Shown piece by piece: positions 13,715-28,577 of a DNA stretch of 64,000 nucleotides. Below the pieces are notes generated by a model that was given only the letters and a program-made list of their open reading frames with translations, was not told the DNA's origin and did not search any database. The stretch lies in the NCBI GenBank assembly GCA_964016885.1, contig CAXHJY010001450.1, positions 1 through 64,000 on the forward strand. The letters are read 5' to 3'. The first letter of the stretch is position 1, and every line of letters starts with the position of its first letter. This stretch comes from Eledone cirrhosa. Its lineage: Eukaryota. Position numbers and translations under genes: made by a program.

Positions 13715-13783
13715 ATTTTATTATGCGCATTTCAAAAACAAACATCATCATGCAATAATATTTGTGTTTTCATCAGATAAAAC
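13715..13783 (-). ncRNA. Minimal type I hammerhead ribozyme motif, family HH-B
   Basis: Reverse complement of the 17882-17950 motif, within a ~200-bp repeat (13590-13800). Confidence 0.78.
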
Positions 13784-13964
13784 AGGAGAACATATTGATC
13801 TTATATTATATATATATATATATATATATACATGTAAAGTTATATTTAAAATTGTTGGGTTACAACTAGTAAATATTTATAACTGATATAAAAGCACTCG
13901 ACAAATACTTGGAGTATATTTACAATATTAAATAAATGGAAAACTATATTTATAAAACCATATT

Positions 13965-14030
13965 TATTTCATTATATATATTTCGGGGATATCATATTAA
14001 CAATATGCTATGCCTTCATCAGACAAAATA
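13965..14030 (-). ncRNA. Hammerhead motif HH-A (CUGAUGA core)
   Basis: Mirror of 14186-14251. Confidence 0.72.
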
Positions 14031-14185
14031 CAATATAAACAGTTTTATAGATAAATATATTCGACATACCGTAATAAACATCAACTTCATTTGAAGAGGT
14101 TCACTCTAGCAGTGAACCTCTTCAAATGAAGTTGATGTTTATTACGGTATGTCGAATATATTTATCTATAAAACTGTTTATATTG

Positions 14186-14251
14186 TATTTTGTCTGATGA
14201 AGGCATAGCATATTGTTAATATGATATCCCCGAAATATATATAATGAAATA
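14186..14251 (+). ncRNA. Hammerhead motif HH-A (CUGAUGA core)
   Basis: TATTTTGT-CTGATGA-AGGCATAGCATATTGTTAATATGATATCCCC-GAAA-TATATAT-A-ATGAAATA. Confidence 0.72.
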
Positions 14252-14289
14252 AATATGGTTTTATAAATATAGTTTTCCATTTATTTAAT

Positions 14290-14326
<37 letters not shown>

Positions 14327-14569
14327 CAATAACAGATTATATATATATATATATCTACATATATATGTGTGTATACAGAGATATAAAGTTGACACCAGGC
14401 AGACAGGCAGACACGTGACGAAGGAGGTAGAATGCTGTTGAGATTGTGGCTCTTTGTTTTTGTTTTTATTGTTGTTGTTGTTGTTGTTGTTGTCGTCGGT
14501 GGTGGTTTTGAGGTGTAGTTGATGGTGGTTGTTACGTAGCAATGGTCGGGTGTGGGGAAGAGCATGAAA

Positions 14570-14735
14570 CGGAAGGGTGGTGGGTATGGAGGGTCGTTGG
14601 TACGAAGAGTAATGGGTATGGAGGGTGGTGGCTATGGAGGGTGGTGGCTACGAAGAGTGGTGGGTACGAAGGGTTGTGGGTATGGAGGGTGGTGGGTATG
14701 GAGGGTGGTGGGTACGAACAGTGGTGGGTATGATG
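14570..14735. repeat. G-rich ~18-bp minisatellite (GGTGGTGGGTATGGAG / GGTACGAAG variants)
   Basis: Tandem degenerate units visible. Confidence 0.8.
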
Positions 14736-15148
14736 GTAGAGATAAAAGTGGGATGTGGTTTTACATAAAACTTACCGTGAAAAGAAGGCGGAGGCAAAAG
14801 GAAGAGATAAGAACGTGGGGAGGAGTAGAAGAGGGGTCGGTTTAAACTTGATGTCTGTTAATCGGTGTGGCTGGGTGGATTGGTGTATTTGGGTGTGTTA
14901 GTGCCTGTGTGTGTGTGTGTATGTGTGTATGTATGTTAGTGCCTGTGTGTGTGTGTGTGTGTATTTGTGTGTGTGTGTGAGTGTGTGTGTACGTATGTGT
15001 GTATGTACACTTATGCATAGATGTATATACACACACACACATATATAGATGGTTAGATGGACATCTAGATGCGTATATGTGACTATATATATATACATAT
15101 ATACTTTTATGCATACATGTAAACACATACACACACACACACACGCAC

Positions 15149-15184
<36 letters not shown>

Positions 15185-15190
<6 letters not shown>

Positions 15191-15355
15191 GAGGAGTTGC
15201 GGTAATAAACCAGATGGACCATAACGCACCAGAGTACTCAATACTTAGGGCAGTAGAGTGGGTAATAGGAAAAAGTATGATCCCAACGGCAGAGCTCAAG
15301 CCATTCCAGAAATAACCGTCGAAACGGCATGAGCTCTGCCGTTGGAGTCATACTT

Positions 15356-15403
<48 letters not shown>

Positions 15404-15818
15404 CATGTGCGTGTGTATTAAGTTTGACACGATGAAGTTTAACTTTGAACGTTTTTATTCATCATCGACCGTTACGTACGTTTCACAGATGAATGGCTCA
15501 AGTTTCGTATGGATGATAGACTTGACCCCAGTATCGATCTATTCTTTCGTCGTGGTCATTCGGCTAAAAACAATTTACCTCTCTGGGCATCCTTCCTCCT
15601 CATATAACAAAGAAGGTGTGGTAAGATACCAGGTGGACCATAACGCACCAGAGTACTCGATACTTGGGGTAGTAGAGTGGATAATAGGAAAAGAGTCAGG
15701 ACCCCGACGGCTGAGCTCCGGCCGTTTCGTCAGCTAGAGCCGACACTGGTGGCTTAGTTCGGATCTAGCTGTCGAAACGGCCGGAGCTCAGCCGTCGGGG
15801 TCCTGACTCTTTTCCTAT
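15185..15818. mobile_element. Two repeat family A copies, each with a fold-back junction
   Basis: 15185-15357 and 15603-15818 match 1-107/202-256 in reverse then forward orientation. Confidence 0.75.
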
Positions 15819-15839
15819 ATATATATAAAAAGACCGATC

Positions 15840-16030
15840 GACTTTCGTCCAATCGGACCGAGGGAACAATGTTTCCGTTGGTCTTTCCAATTGCTAATAC
15901 TATCTATCGGTCGCAACTCCAGGTAGAAGGAGCAACGTGAAATAAAGTGTCTTGCTCAAGGACATAACGCATCGCCTGGTCCAGGAATCGAACTCACAAC
16001 CTTACGATTGCGAATCCAATTCTCTAACCA
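15840..16030 (-). mobile_element. SINE family 2 variant
   Basis: GGAGCAACGTGAAATAAAGTGTCTTGCTCAAGGACATAACGC is the reverse complement of the family 2 core; closely matches 49338-49530. Confidence 0.8.
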
Positions 16031-16031
16031 T

Positions 16032-16122
<91 letters not shown>

Positions 16123-16221
16123 AATGAAAATATAGAAATTATTGTGAGCAAGAAGCCAACAGTATTTCATAATATATATGCACAAAAGAAAAAAGGCAGA
16201 TATATATATATAAAGACGTAC

Positions 16222-16256
<35 letters not shown>

Positions 16257-16257
16257 A

Positions 16258-16298
<41 letters not shown>

Positions 16299-16429
16299 TG
16301 TGTGTGTGTGTATGTCTGTGTGTGTGTGTGTGTAATTTTAGTTTTTACAGGTCAATAGTTAGTGTCATAGTCGTCATCACCAGCTTCATTATCATCATCA
16401 TGTATCGTCTGTCATTCATATCCCCCTCC

Positions 16430-17195
16430 TCCTCCCCCTTCTTTTCCTCTTATCATCGTCTCCACCACCACCATCATCATCACCATCACCATCATCATCG
16501 TCATCATCGTCACCACCACCACCATCATCGTCATCATCGTCACCACCACCACCATCGCCGCCACCATCTTCATCATCATCAAAGTCTCCACCACCACCTT
16601 CGTCACCACTACCACCAACACCACTGCCCCCACCACCACCATCATCATCATCATCCACATCATCATCGTCATTGTTGTCATCGCCGCCGTCACCATCATC
16701 ACTGTTAGTCGTGGAAGTTTGTTACAATTATTTATGAATCGATCGATGGGGAAGTCCTGACACTAAATGTTCATTACGTATGTTGAAAGTACTCTCCCAC
16801 CACCACCACCACCACCACCACCACGATCACCACTATCACCACTATCACCATCATCAGCACCACCATCAGCAGTACCACCACCACCACCATCACTCCCACC
16901 ACTATCACCATCATCAGCACCACCATCAGCACCACCACCACCACGATCACCACCACCACGACGACGACGACCACCACCACCACGATCACCACGATCACCA
17001 CCACCACGATCACCACCACCATCACCACCACGATCACCACCGCCACCACCACCACCACGATCACCACCACCACCACCACGATCACCACCACCACAACCAC
17101 GATCACCACCACCACCACCACCACGATCACCACCACGATCACCACCACCACCACCACCACGATTACCATCATCAGCCGCCGAATCAGCATCAGCA
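16430..17195. repeat. (CAC/CAT/GAT)n trinucleotide arrays (16430-16705 and 16795-17195)
   Basis: Directly visible; the poly-His/Pro/Val ORFs are by-products. Confidence 0.9.
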
Positions 17196-17500
17196 GTTTT
17201 GTTAAGCCATGATTAATTACAACAACAGCAACAACAACAAAAGCCATACCAACAACATCAACAACATGTTTATAGACGGGTAAAAATAACTACAACAGCA
17301 TCAGAAGCCACAACAACAACAGCAACAGCAACAGCATGATTATAGACAGTCGAAAATAACAACAACAACAACATCAGAAACAAGACTAACAGCAATAACA
17401 GAAACAAGAACGACAATCGTAATAAATATCTCAACCCAAAGAGCAACATTTGTTTGGCTCATTAGGGTGTGCCCTGTGTGGGCCACAAACCTTTTAAAAC

Positions 17501-17558
<58 letters not shown>

Positions 17559-17560
<2 letters not shown>

Positions 17561-17715
17561 AGGGCGGGTAAAATTCACGAGATCCATGGACGAGTTCTCT
17601 CCAGCGGTCTCTGTCCCTCATTATCGCTGCCATGTCCTGCGTCTCCAACAGACCAGTGTCTGTCCTTAGGGCATCAACATACGTTAACCTTGGTCTTCCT
17701 CTTCCAGTGTGTGCA
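17559..17715 (-). mobile_element. RTE-clade-like LINE 3' end
   Basis: Minus frame GRGRPRLTYVDALRTDTGLLETQDMAAIMRDRDRWRELVHGSREFYPP* has the GRP..TY.D...D.....DR..WR C-terminal signature; second copy at 20498. Confidence 0.8.
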
Positions 17716-17733
17716 TGGCCCCTCAAGTATATT

Positions 17734-17798
<65 letters not shown>

Positions 17799-17881
17799 GG
17801 AGGTGAGTTTTATTGTAGTACATGTTGATTTAAAACTGCACTATCCACAAGTGTTTTTTAACCTTCATATCATGTTCTCCT

Positions 17882-17950
17882 GTTTTATCTGATGAAAACA
17901 CAAATATTATTGCATGATGATGTTTGTTTTTGAAATGCGCATAATAAAAT
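17882..17950 (+). ncRNA. Minimal type I hammerhead ribozyme motif, family HH-B
   Basis: GTTTTAT-CTGATGA-AAAcACAAATATTAT-tgcatg-ATGATGTTTGTTTTT-GAAA-TGCGCAT-A-ATAAAAT. Stem I TTTTAT/ATAAAA, palindrome ATGCGCAT, AUA triplet. Confidence 0.8.
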
Positions 17951-18142
17951 ACATGGAACTCCTTTAACCATCTTTTGATCTTATACTATATATATATATG
18001 TATATATATGTATAATATACTTGAGGGCCATGCACAAATAAAACGAAATCAAATGTTGGCCTATATAAAAAAAAGTCCATCCCTTTCAAATTGTTGGCCT
18101 TGTGCTTGTGCCTAAATCACAAACTATTATTAATAACCACCA

Positions 18143-18612
18143 AGGGCAGTGATTTGGCAGAATCAGTAGAGCAACATGCTTTGCAGTATTGAGTTAAGTC
18201 TCTCTACGTTCTGAGTTCAAATCCTGCCGAGGTTAGTTTTGCCTTTCATTCTTACGAGGTCGATACAATAAAGTACCAGTAACACACTGAGGTCGATTTA
18301 ATTGAATTTCCCCTCTCCCAAAATTGTGGACTTTGTGCTTAAATCAGAAACCATGGCAATATCGGTGGAGGGTCGGATGCTATGCTTTCCACCATAGTTA
18401 CGTCCCTTTACGGTCTGAGTTCAAATCCCGCCGAGGTTCACTTTGCCTTTCATCCTTACGGGGGTCGATAAAATAAAGTACCAGTAATGTATTGGATATT
18501 GCTGGCCTTGGGCCAAAAGTAGAAACCATTATTTGACAGGTACTATATTTTACCGGCCGGCCGCGGAAGGATAAAAGGCGAAGGGGAGACCAGGGCGGGA
18601 TTTGAACTCAGA
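18143..18612. mobile_element. Cluster of SINE family 1 copies (two +, one partial -)
   Basis: SINE core present twice in tandem, plus a diverged inverted partial copy. Confidence 0.85.
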
Positions 18613-19105
18613 ATATAACAACAAAAGACACATTAGCAATAAAAACTTCTTGTATAGCAAGAACTATCGTAGGTACGACTCCTCCCACTACTACCAGTAG
18701 ATAGTACTTCAAGACCCACCACACCCATCCACCACCACCACCACCACTACTACGACTACTACTACTACTACTACTACTATGACTACTACTATTGTTTCTA
18801 CAGATGCTGCTGCTGTTACTACTATTACTGTTATTGCTAATACTACTATTAACACTTTTAATAAAGCTAACACAACAGCAACAACAATGACAACTGCAAA
18901 GTGAAAATAAAGGACTATATATAGCAGCAGCAGCAGAGTCAGCAGCAACAGCAGAGTCAGCAGCAACAGCGTCAGCAGCAACAGCAATAACATCAGCAGT
19001 AGCAACAGCGGGCTGGTAAGTGTAGATCTAATTGCTATCTGCACACAAACACACACACACACACAGATACAGGCACACACAGACGCACATATACACAGAC
19101 ATACA

Positions 19106-19147
<42 letters not shown>

Positions 19148-19239
19148 GATACTGCTACACAAAGGGGGTTATAGGCATTCACAAACACACACACATAGAG
19201 AGACACACACACACATAGAGAGGCACACACAGGCATCCA

Positions 19240-19760
19240 CTCACACAGACACACATATAAGCAGATAGACACAGCTACACATACACAGACACATACACAC
19301 ACATCCACACACACAGCTACACATATAAGCAGATAGACACAGCTACACATACAGACACATACACACACACACATCCACACACACAGACATACATATAAGC
19401 AGATAGACACAGCTACACATACACACACACACACATCCACACATAAGCAGATAGACACAGCTATACATACACAGACACATACACACCCACACATCCACAC
19501 ACACATCCACACAGCTACACACGCACACACACAGACAGACACACATATAAGCAGATAGACACAGCTACACATACACAAACACACACATCCACACACAGAC
19601 ACACATATAAGCAGATAGACACAGCTACACATACACACACACAGACACACATATAAGCAGATAGACACAGCTACACATCCACCCACACATCCACACACAC
19701 AGACACACATATAAGCAGATAGACACAGTTACACATACACAGCTACACACAGCTACACAC
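19240..19760. repeat. Minisatellite with core CACATATAAGCAGATAGACACAGCTACAC in a (CA)n matrix
   Basis: Core repeated about 8 times with variable CA spacers. Confidence 0.9.
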
Positions 19761-19984
19761 ACACACACAGTACCTGTGGAGACATCTCAGAAAGTTGATA
19801 ATACTGTGTAAAAGGAGAAACGAGGAATTACTCTCAATTTTAATTCCTTGACGGATTTTATTTTAAGATTTTATTATTTCAAATTTATATTTTTGTTTCC
19901 GATACTATTTCTGTTTTAATATGTGTGTGTGTGTATGCGTGTGTATTGTGTATATGTATGTATTGTGTATATGTATGTATTGTG

Positions 19985-20015
<31 letters not shown>

Positions 20016-20064
20016 TCTTCTTTTTGGTAAATATCATCTTGGTTAAGAGAGTGGGACTGGCTTT

Positions 20065-20262
20065 GTGCAGTGCCTTTGCTCACTATAAAAGCTTCACGGC
20101 ACAGGCATTGCTTTATATCTGGAGATCTCTCTGCACTTGTCGTCACATGGTACCATGGGCCCAGCATTATGTGTCAATAATTGTCACAGGTGTAGTGTTT
20201 GTACCAGAGTTTTCAAGTCGCTGGCTGGACTAAAAAGTCACACTCGTTCAGCGCATCGGTAG
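20065..20262 (+). pseudogene. Decayed C2H2 zinc-finger C-terminus (LINE-associated or ZNF remnant)
   Basis: Frame ...HRCSVCTRVFKSLAGLKSHTRSAHR* gives C-x2-C-x12-H-x4-H; the upstream finger is broken by a stop/indels. Confidence 0.6.
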
Positions 20263-20328
20263 GGGTTCTCCTACATGGATATAAAGTAGTGGCCGTACTC
20301 GAAAACGAGTTGGCAGCCACCATGTATG

Positions 20329-20359
<31 letters not shown>

Positions 20360-20384
20360 GTGTGTATGTATGTATGTATGTATG

Positions 20385-20415
<31 letters not shown>

Positions 20416-20497
20416 GTGTGTATGTATGTATGTATGTGTGTATGTATGTATGTATGTGTGTATGTATGTATGTATGTATTTATATATGTATATATGC

Positions 20498-20677
20498 CTA
20501 GGGCGGGTAAAATACCCAAGATCCATGGACGAGTTCTCTCCATCGGTCTCTGTCCCTCATCATCGCTGCCATGTCCAGCGTCTCCAAGAGACCAGTGTCT
20601 GGCCTTAGGGCATCAATATATGTCAAGCTCGGTCTGTCTTCTAGTGTGTCTGTGTGCAGGGGCTCCCACAGGAGCAC
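20498..20677 (-). mobile_element. RTE-clade-like LINE 3' end
   Basis: VLLWEPLHTDTLEDRPSLTYIDALRPDTGLLETLDMAAMMRDRDRWRELVHGSWVFYPP*; homologous to 17559-17715. Confidence 0.8.
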
Positions 20678-20959
20678 TCAGTGCAGTACATGTATGTGTA
20701 TGTATGTTTTCTCTATGTATGTATACACAGGAGCTGTACCAGTGTGCAGTCTACTGCAGCATACATAGTCAACCAGGAGGTGACCTGGTTATCGGATTAA
20801 CGTTTGGGTAGTTTAGTGTAGTTGGGATACATTTTGCACTGAATTGTAAAGTGGCATGTCCACACACACGCATATAAATATATATACACACAGGTGGTGT
20901 AATTAAGTTAGACATGGCCTGGGCCAATACTGGCCGAAACCTATCAAATTAATCAAAGT

Positions 20960-22898
<1,939 letters not shown>

Positions 22899-22965
22899 AT
22901 TACGCGTTTGTGTGTGTGTGTGTGTGCTTGTTCGTAAATACATACTGACAGAAACACACACACAC

Positions 22966-23033
<68 letters not shown>

Positions 23034-23421
23034 TATGCCAGTGTGCGCAGCTGTAGTGGACGTGGTGTGTCCACCCAACCTTGTTGACATTGGTCCTCTA
23101 CAAAGAACAACAAACATTAAAGTGATGTTTCCTGAGTGGGGAACAATGTCTAAAAATATCTTCTCCTTTATATAGCTGTCTCGTGTGTTGACGTAGAGTT
23201 TGTGCACTTAATGTTGCACCTGGTGTGTTGTTGTGTGAGTGACTGCATGGATGATGGACGGTGTCTGCCTGGATGATAAAGTGTGCTACACATACCACCA
23301 AAATACACAGGAAGCTCCCACATAGCATTCAATTACACAATCATTCAGTTTCCTGAAATGTTTATGTTGTAAGGTGGCAAAATATTAAAATAGAATATTG
23401 TTGATATATTTATTGTACCCT

Positions 23422-23464
<43 letters not shown>

Positions 23465-23471
23465 TAATATA

Positions 23472-23512
<41 letters not shown>

Positions 23513-23534
23513 TAATATATATTTATATATATAA

Positions 23535-23595
<61 letters not shown>

Positions 23596-24479
23596 GAGGG
23601 AGAAGGACAGAGATTATTTTCAGGGTCACAAATATATATATATATATATACTGAGAGAGAGAGAGAGACTTGTGTCTGTATGTATTATTGTTTGTGTGCG
23701 TGTGTTCGTGGCTTAGTATGAGCTTGTGTGTGTGTGTTTATCTATAATATTTCATCTATGCTATTTTACCATTTAAAATGCTTGCTTGGAAATATTTTCA
23801 GTATTCCTTTTAATTTCTTTAAAATTCTATTTATATGATAAATCTTTGTTTTATATTTCGTAACATTTAAATCATATATTTTTCTTTGCTCTGTGTGTTT
23901 CGTATTTTCACAATTTTGGAGGACTTTGTTAAATAATGTGTCTAGAGTTTATGTAACTTTTGGTTTGAAGTTTGGGTAGCAAAGTGTGTCCATTCACATG
24001 TCCGTTTTATTCATATGTGGGACAGGGTTCAAGCCGTATGGCATAGAATCACACAGAGTTTGGCAAGTAGAAAAGGCACAAGGGCAGAGCTATGGACAAT
24101 AACGAGCTGGTCTCATATACAAACGTGTGTCAATATTTAGGGGCGGTATAGAATGGGGAGGGGGGGGGGGTAAATTTGGTAAATTTAATTGTAGTGATTA
24201 GTTTAGCGGTTATTATTAATTATCAACCAAGATATAAAACTACTTCAATATGGGATAAGCATAACATGTACATATATTGTAGCGCATATACAATAGATGT
24301 GTGTTTTGGCAGTTTGGGGAGAAAAATATAATTTTTTATTTTATTTTATATTTTTTTTTGGGGGGGGGGGGGACCCAGTTTCCCATCTCCTAATATGTAT
24401 ATAAATATATATATGTATATATATAGAGAGAAAGAAAAAGAGAGAGTTAGATTAAAAGATACATATCTATACACATACA

Positions 24480-24697
24480 GACATATATATATAGATAGAT
24501 ATATTTGAATATATATACATATATATATATATATATATTTAAATATATATATATACACATATATATATATTTGAATATATATATATTTTATATATATACA
24601 TACACATATATATATATTTGAATATATATATATATATATGTATACACATATATATATGTTTGAATATATATATATGTATACACACATATATATATGT

Positions 24698-24740
<43 letters not shown>

Positions 24741-24887
24741 AATACACGCATATATATATATTTGAATATATATATATATGTATATACACATATATATATT
24801 TGAACATATATATGTATACACATATATATATATATTTGAATATATGTATAGACATATATATATATTTGAATATATATATATATATAT

Positions 24888-24924
<37 letters not shown>

Positions 24925-25010
24925 AATATATATATATATATATATATGTATATACATATATGTATTAATATATATATATGTATACACACATATATATATT
25001 TGAACATGTA
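24480..25010. repeat. (TA)n array punctuated by TTTGAA
   Basis: Directly visible. Confidence 0.95.
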
Positions 25011-25203
25011 TGTAATAATATGTATTTATATGTATTTATTTATATGTATTTATATGTATTAAAAATTTGTACGTATATATATAATATATTTGAAAAAAGA
25101 AAATGTTATAATACCAACTCATAATATTTTAATATAAAATTAAATCAAATTGTTTAGAAATACAAGTGAAATAAATTATTTTCTTTTTTTCAAATATATA
25201 TAT

Positions 25204-25253
<50 letters not shown>

Positions 25254-25830
25254 GGATACTATTTATGGTTATGTATATACTAAAACTTTTTATAGTTATA
25301 TATATTTTAAACCCTAAACAGTGAAGGTCAATAATTTATTACTACCTTATTACCAGTAAGATAAATAGCTCAATGTAATTACATCAGTTGTTCTACAGTT
25401 GTTTTATATATATATATATATATATATAACATCAGGTCTTCCACGTTTTTGCCAGATTCTTGATGTGAAATCGTGCGTTGATAGAGGGTTTGGTAGACAT
25501 GCACCAGTTGAGTCTCATTTCATATTTATTATTAGTCAGGTGACCCATTCCTCAGTTGATTTATTAACCGTGTAGCTTTTTATATTCTAATTGCCAAATC
25601 TCTTTCGTCACACATATATCTGTCCTCTAAATAAACAAACCGAGAAATGGATTAGTTACCTGACTTATAATAAAACCGAACATGAACTAAACTGGTGCGT
25701 GTGTACTGAATAGCAGCATGACCCTCCCTAAATTGATTTAAGTGCGATTCTACATAAAGGATCTTCAAAAACAAAGTACATACACACACACACATATATA
25801 TATATATATGTATAGATAGGTGTATATATA

Positions 25831-25913
25831 TATATTGAAGTGTGTATTACATATTTCTAATTATATACATATATATATATATGTATATAATTAGAAATAT
25901 GTAATACAGACTT

Positions 25914-25920
<7 letters not shown>
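25831..25920. repeat. ~90-bp near-perfect palindrome centred on (TA)n
   Basis: TATTGAAGTGTGTATTACATATTTCTAATTATATACA-(TA)n-TGTATATAATTAGAAATATGTAATACAGACTTCAATA. Confidence 0.85.
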
Positions 25921-25961
<41 letters not shown>

Positions 25962-26064
25962 CTATGCACATATGGTTTCGTCGGTAGGTAAGTATACACT
26001 ATACACGTCACTTAAAATCGATGTATGTCAGTTAACACTTTATCATGAGAGTACACACGCCCCT

Positions 26065-26108
<44 letters not shown>

Positions 26109-26477
26109 CATTTCCCTGAGTCGGTGTTTTTCGTTGTTCTGGTCCTAGCGGCTCGCATTTCGGTCAATTTGCATAGCTGCCTAAACGTAATGTTATAACT
26201 CTAAGGTAAAATTCCATATTGAGTGCTTTTGGCTGCACTTCTCGACAGCATTCGTTAGCTTGCCCGCAAACAGAGCTTCGATTATGCTGTACTACCTTCT
26301 TGTATTATATATATATATATATATAATAAGTTGACAAGACTAGCATAAAGTTTCCCAGCTAGTACCGGTTGCATCTCAGTGTACTCAATAGGTAAGGTTA
26401 AGTAAATATCCCAGAGAAGACGCAAAGTTATTTGCCTCAATACAACACACGTAAATCGGTACCATGAATCTATACCC

Positions 26478-26524
<47 letters not shown>

Positions 26525-27061
26525 AACACACAAACGTATTACGGGCTAAAAGCAGCTAAACAATACAGACATTATTTTGAAAATCCAATATCTATCTTTC
26601 TATTTATCTGTCTGTCCCTCTCTCACCCCTGCATATACGTATATATATATCGATATATCGATCTATCTTTTTAGCTGGTTGTCACCCTGACTGACTTTAT
26701 TTCTGATGGTTGTCTTAACGGGAATATAAAATAATATATAATACAACGCCTGGTGAATTCTCTCCCTTCCTTACTCTTGCGTATTTGAACCCAACTGAAA
26801 AGAAGTTTCAGTTTTGAATCATCAAAGATAGTTTCAGTCGATTGAAGTTCTTCGACTAAATATATTTAGAATGTGAAACATAACTTGAATATATACACAT
26901 CAGGTAGAAATCATTTCAAAGGTAATTTTTAACCTCTACTTGGATTACGTCAAACGATTTCTCGTTAACTTTCAACATGAATGGACCTGTTATTTTTATC
27001 TAAAGACATTTTTTCTATTCCAACCCGCCCGTCCCTTCAATCTCTCTTATTTCTCATTCTT

Positions 27062-27097
27062 TCTTCTGATGAAGGACTAGCGTCCGAAACCTTAAGA
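27062..27097 (+). ncRNA. Minimal hammerhead motif, family HH-D
   Basis: TCTT-CTGATGA-A-GGAC-tagc-GTCC-GAAA-CCTT-AAGA; lies in a ~210-bp repeat (26974-27183) shared with 31820-32032. Confidence 0.75.
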
Positions 27098-27182
27098 CCC
27101 TCTTCCTGCTATTTCAAGCGTTAACCAAATATATTCCTTCCATATACTGTACGAATTGTGTTGTAATTTCTGTTTACTTTTT

Positions 27183-27220
<38 letters not shown>

Positions 27221-27224
<4 letters not shown>

Positions 27225-27398
27225 TTATTAAAATAACAGATAAAGTTTAAGCAAAGAATCGCTGCTTTCACCCTTAACGCGATCTTCTGAAACTAAAAAA
27301 AATCATTCTTTTTTTATATTTTTTAATTTCAGAAGATCCCGTTAAGGGTGAAAGCAGCAATTCTTTGCTTAAACTTTATTTGTTATTTTAATAAATAT
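27221..27398. repeat. 72-bp inverted repeat (arms 27221-27292 and 27327-27398), dispersed family G
   Basis: Arms are reverse-complementary; a single copy is at 13186-13255 and a fragment at ~30850-30883. Confidence 0.85.
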
Positions 27399-27647
27399 TT
27401 GCTCTAGGGTTCTTATATATTTGACATATATTTATCCTTATCGAGCCCTCTTTAGATTTTAGTCTTCACATTTATTATTATTACTATATATATATATAAG
27501 TAGAACACTGGAAAGTAATATCCGTAATAGTAGAGCACTCAGTCCATGGACGAGTTTGGCAGAAGTAGTAACTAACTGTTGTGTTACTACTTCTATATAT
27601 ATTCTCTCTCCCTCTCTCTCTCTCTATATATATATATATACACACAC

Positions 27648-27697
<50 letters not shown>

Positions 27698-27698
27698 G

Positions 27699-27755
<57 letters not shown>

Positions 27756-27756
27756 G

Positions 27757-27897
<141 letters not shown>

Positions 27898-27978
27898 GCG
27901 TTTCATCAGATAAATTGATATGTTGATTTAAAACCTCACTATTGACAAGTGTTTTTTAACCCTCATATCATGTATCCC

Positions 27979-28049
27979 TATTTTATCTGATGAAAACGCA
28001 GATGTCATCTCATGATGATATTTGCTTTTGAAATGCGCATAATAAAATA
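27979..28049 (+). ncRNA. Minimal type I hammerhead ribozyme motif, family HH-B
   Basis: TATTTTAT-CTGATGA-AAAcGCAGATGTCATC-tcat-GATGATATTTGCTTTT-GAAA-TGCGCAT-A-ATAAAATA. Confidence 0.82.
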
Positions 28050-28174
28050 CTTGGAACTCTTTTAACCATCTTTTGATCTTATATTATTTATACTCCAGTC
28101 CTACAAACTGTAGAGTGCTACTTATCCGATATTTGCATTGCTTTATTGTATGTACTACAATAAAACTCACCTCC

Positions 28175-28222
<48 letters not shown>

Positions 28223-28457
28223 AAAGTTCTATTTAAAATTGTTGGGATACAACAAGTAAATATTTTTATAACTGATATAAAGCACTCGACAAATTTTTGG
28301 AGTAGATATACGATTTCGGGTATGTTATACAAAGAAATACGTTTAACTGTTATGTTAAATAGCGATAAGTAATAAATATGTTACTATATAGAAGAAAACA
28401 CAACAAATAAAACAAGATATTTCTTAAAAGTATATACAGAAACATTATATATAACTC

Positions 28458-28577
28458 ATTCTGAGTTCAAATCCCGCCGAGGTTAACTTTGCCTTTCATC
28501 CTTACGAGGTCGATAAAATAAAGTACCAGTAATACACTGGGTAATTGCTGGCCTTGTGCCTAACGTAGAAACAATTA
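28458..28577 (+). mobile_element. 5'-truncated SINE family 1 copy
   Basis: Core and tail present; ATTATATATAACTCAT occurs on both sides (likely TSD). Confidence 0.88.

Larger units (their letters stand above)
13921..14295. repeat. 185-bp perfect palindrome (arms 13921-14105 and 14111-14295, 5-nt loop CTAGC), family HH-A
   Basis: ...TTGAAGAGGTTCACT-ctagc-AGTGAACCTCTTCAA...; arms reverse-complementary out to the TA flank. Confidence 0.92.

Noticed and set aside
16262-17247. His-rich, Pro-rich (extensin-like) and Gly/Asp-rich ORFs
   Set aside because: Trinucleotide repeat arrays open in all frames, with no splice or domain context.
19240-19760. CRISPR-like repeat-spacer appearance (also 32435-32900)
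   Set aside because: Spacers are microsatellite variants, not unique sequences; eukaryotic context and no cas genes.
23040-23335. Unique GC-richer island with 76-aa ORF (similar islands at 9850-10025, 42290-42580, 53415-53690)
   Set aside because: No recognisable motif or consistent splice signals; probably old TE fragments but unassignable by eye.
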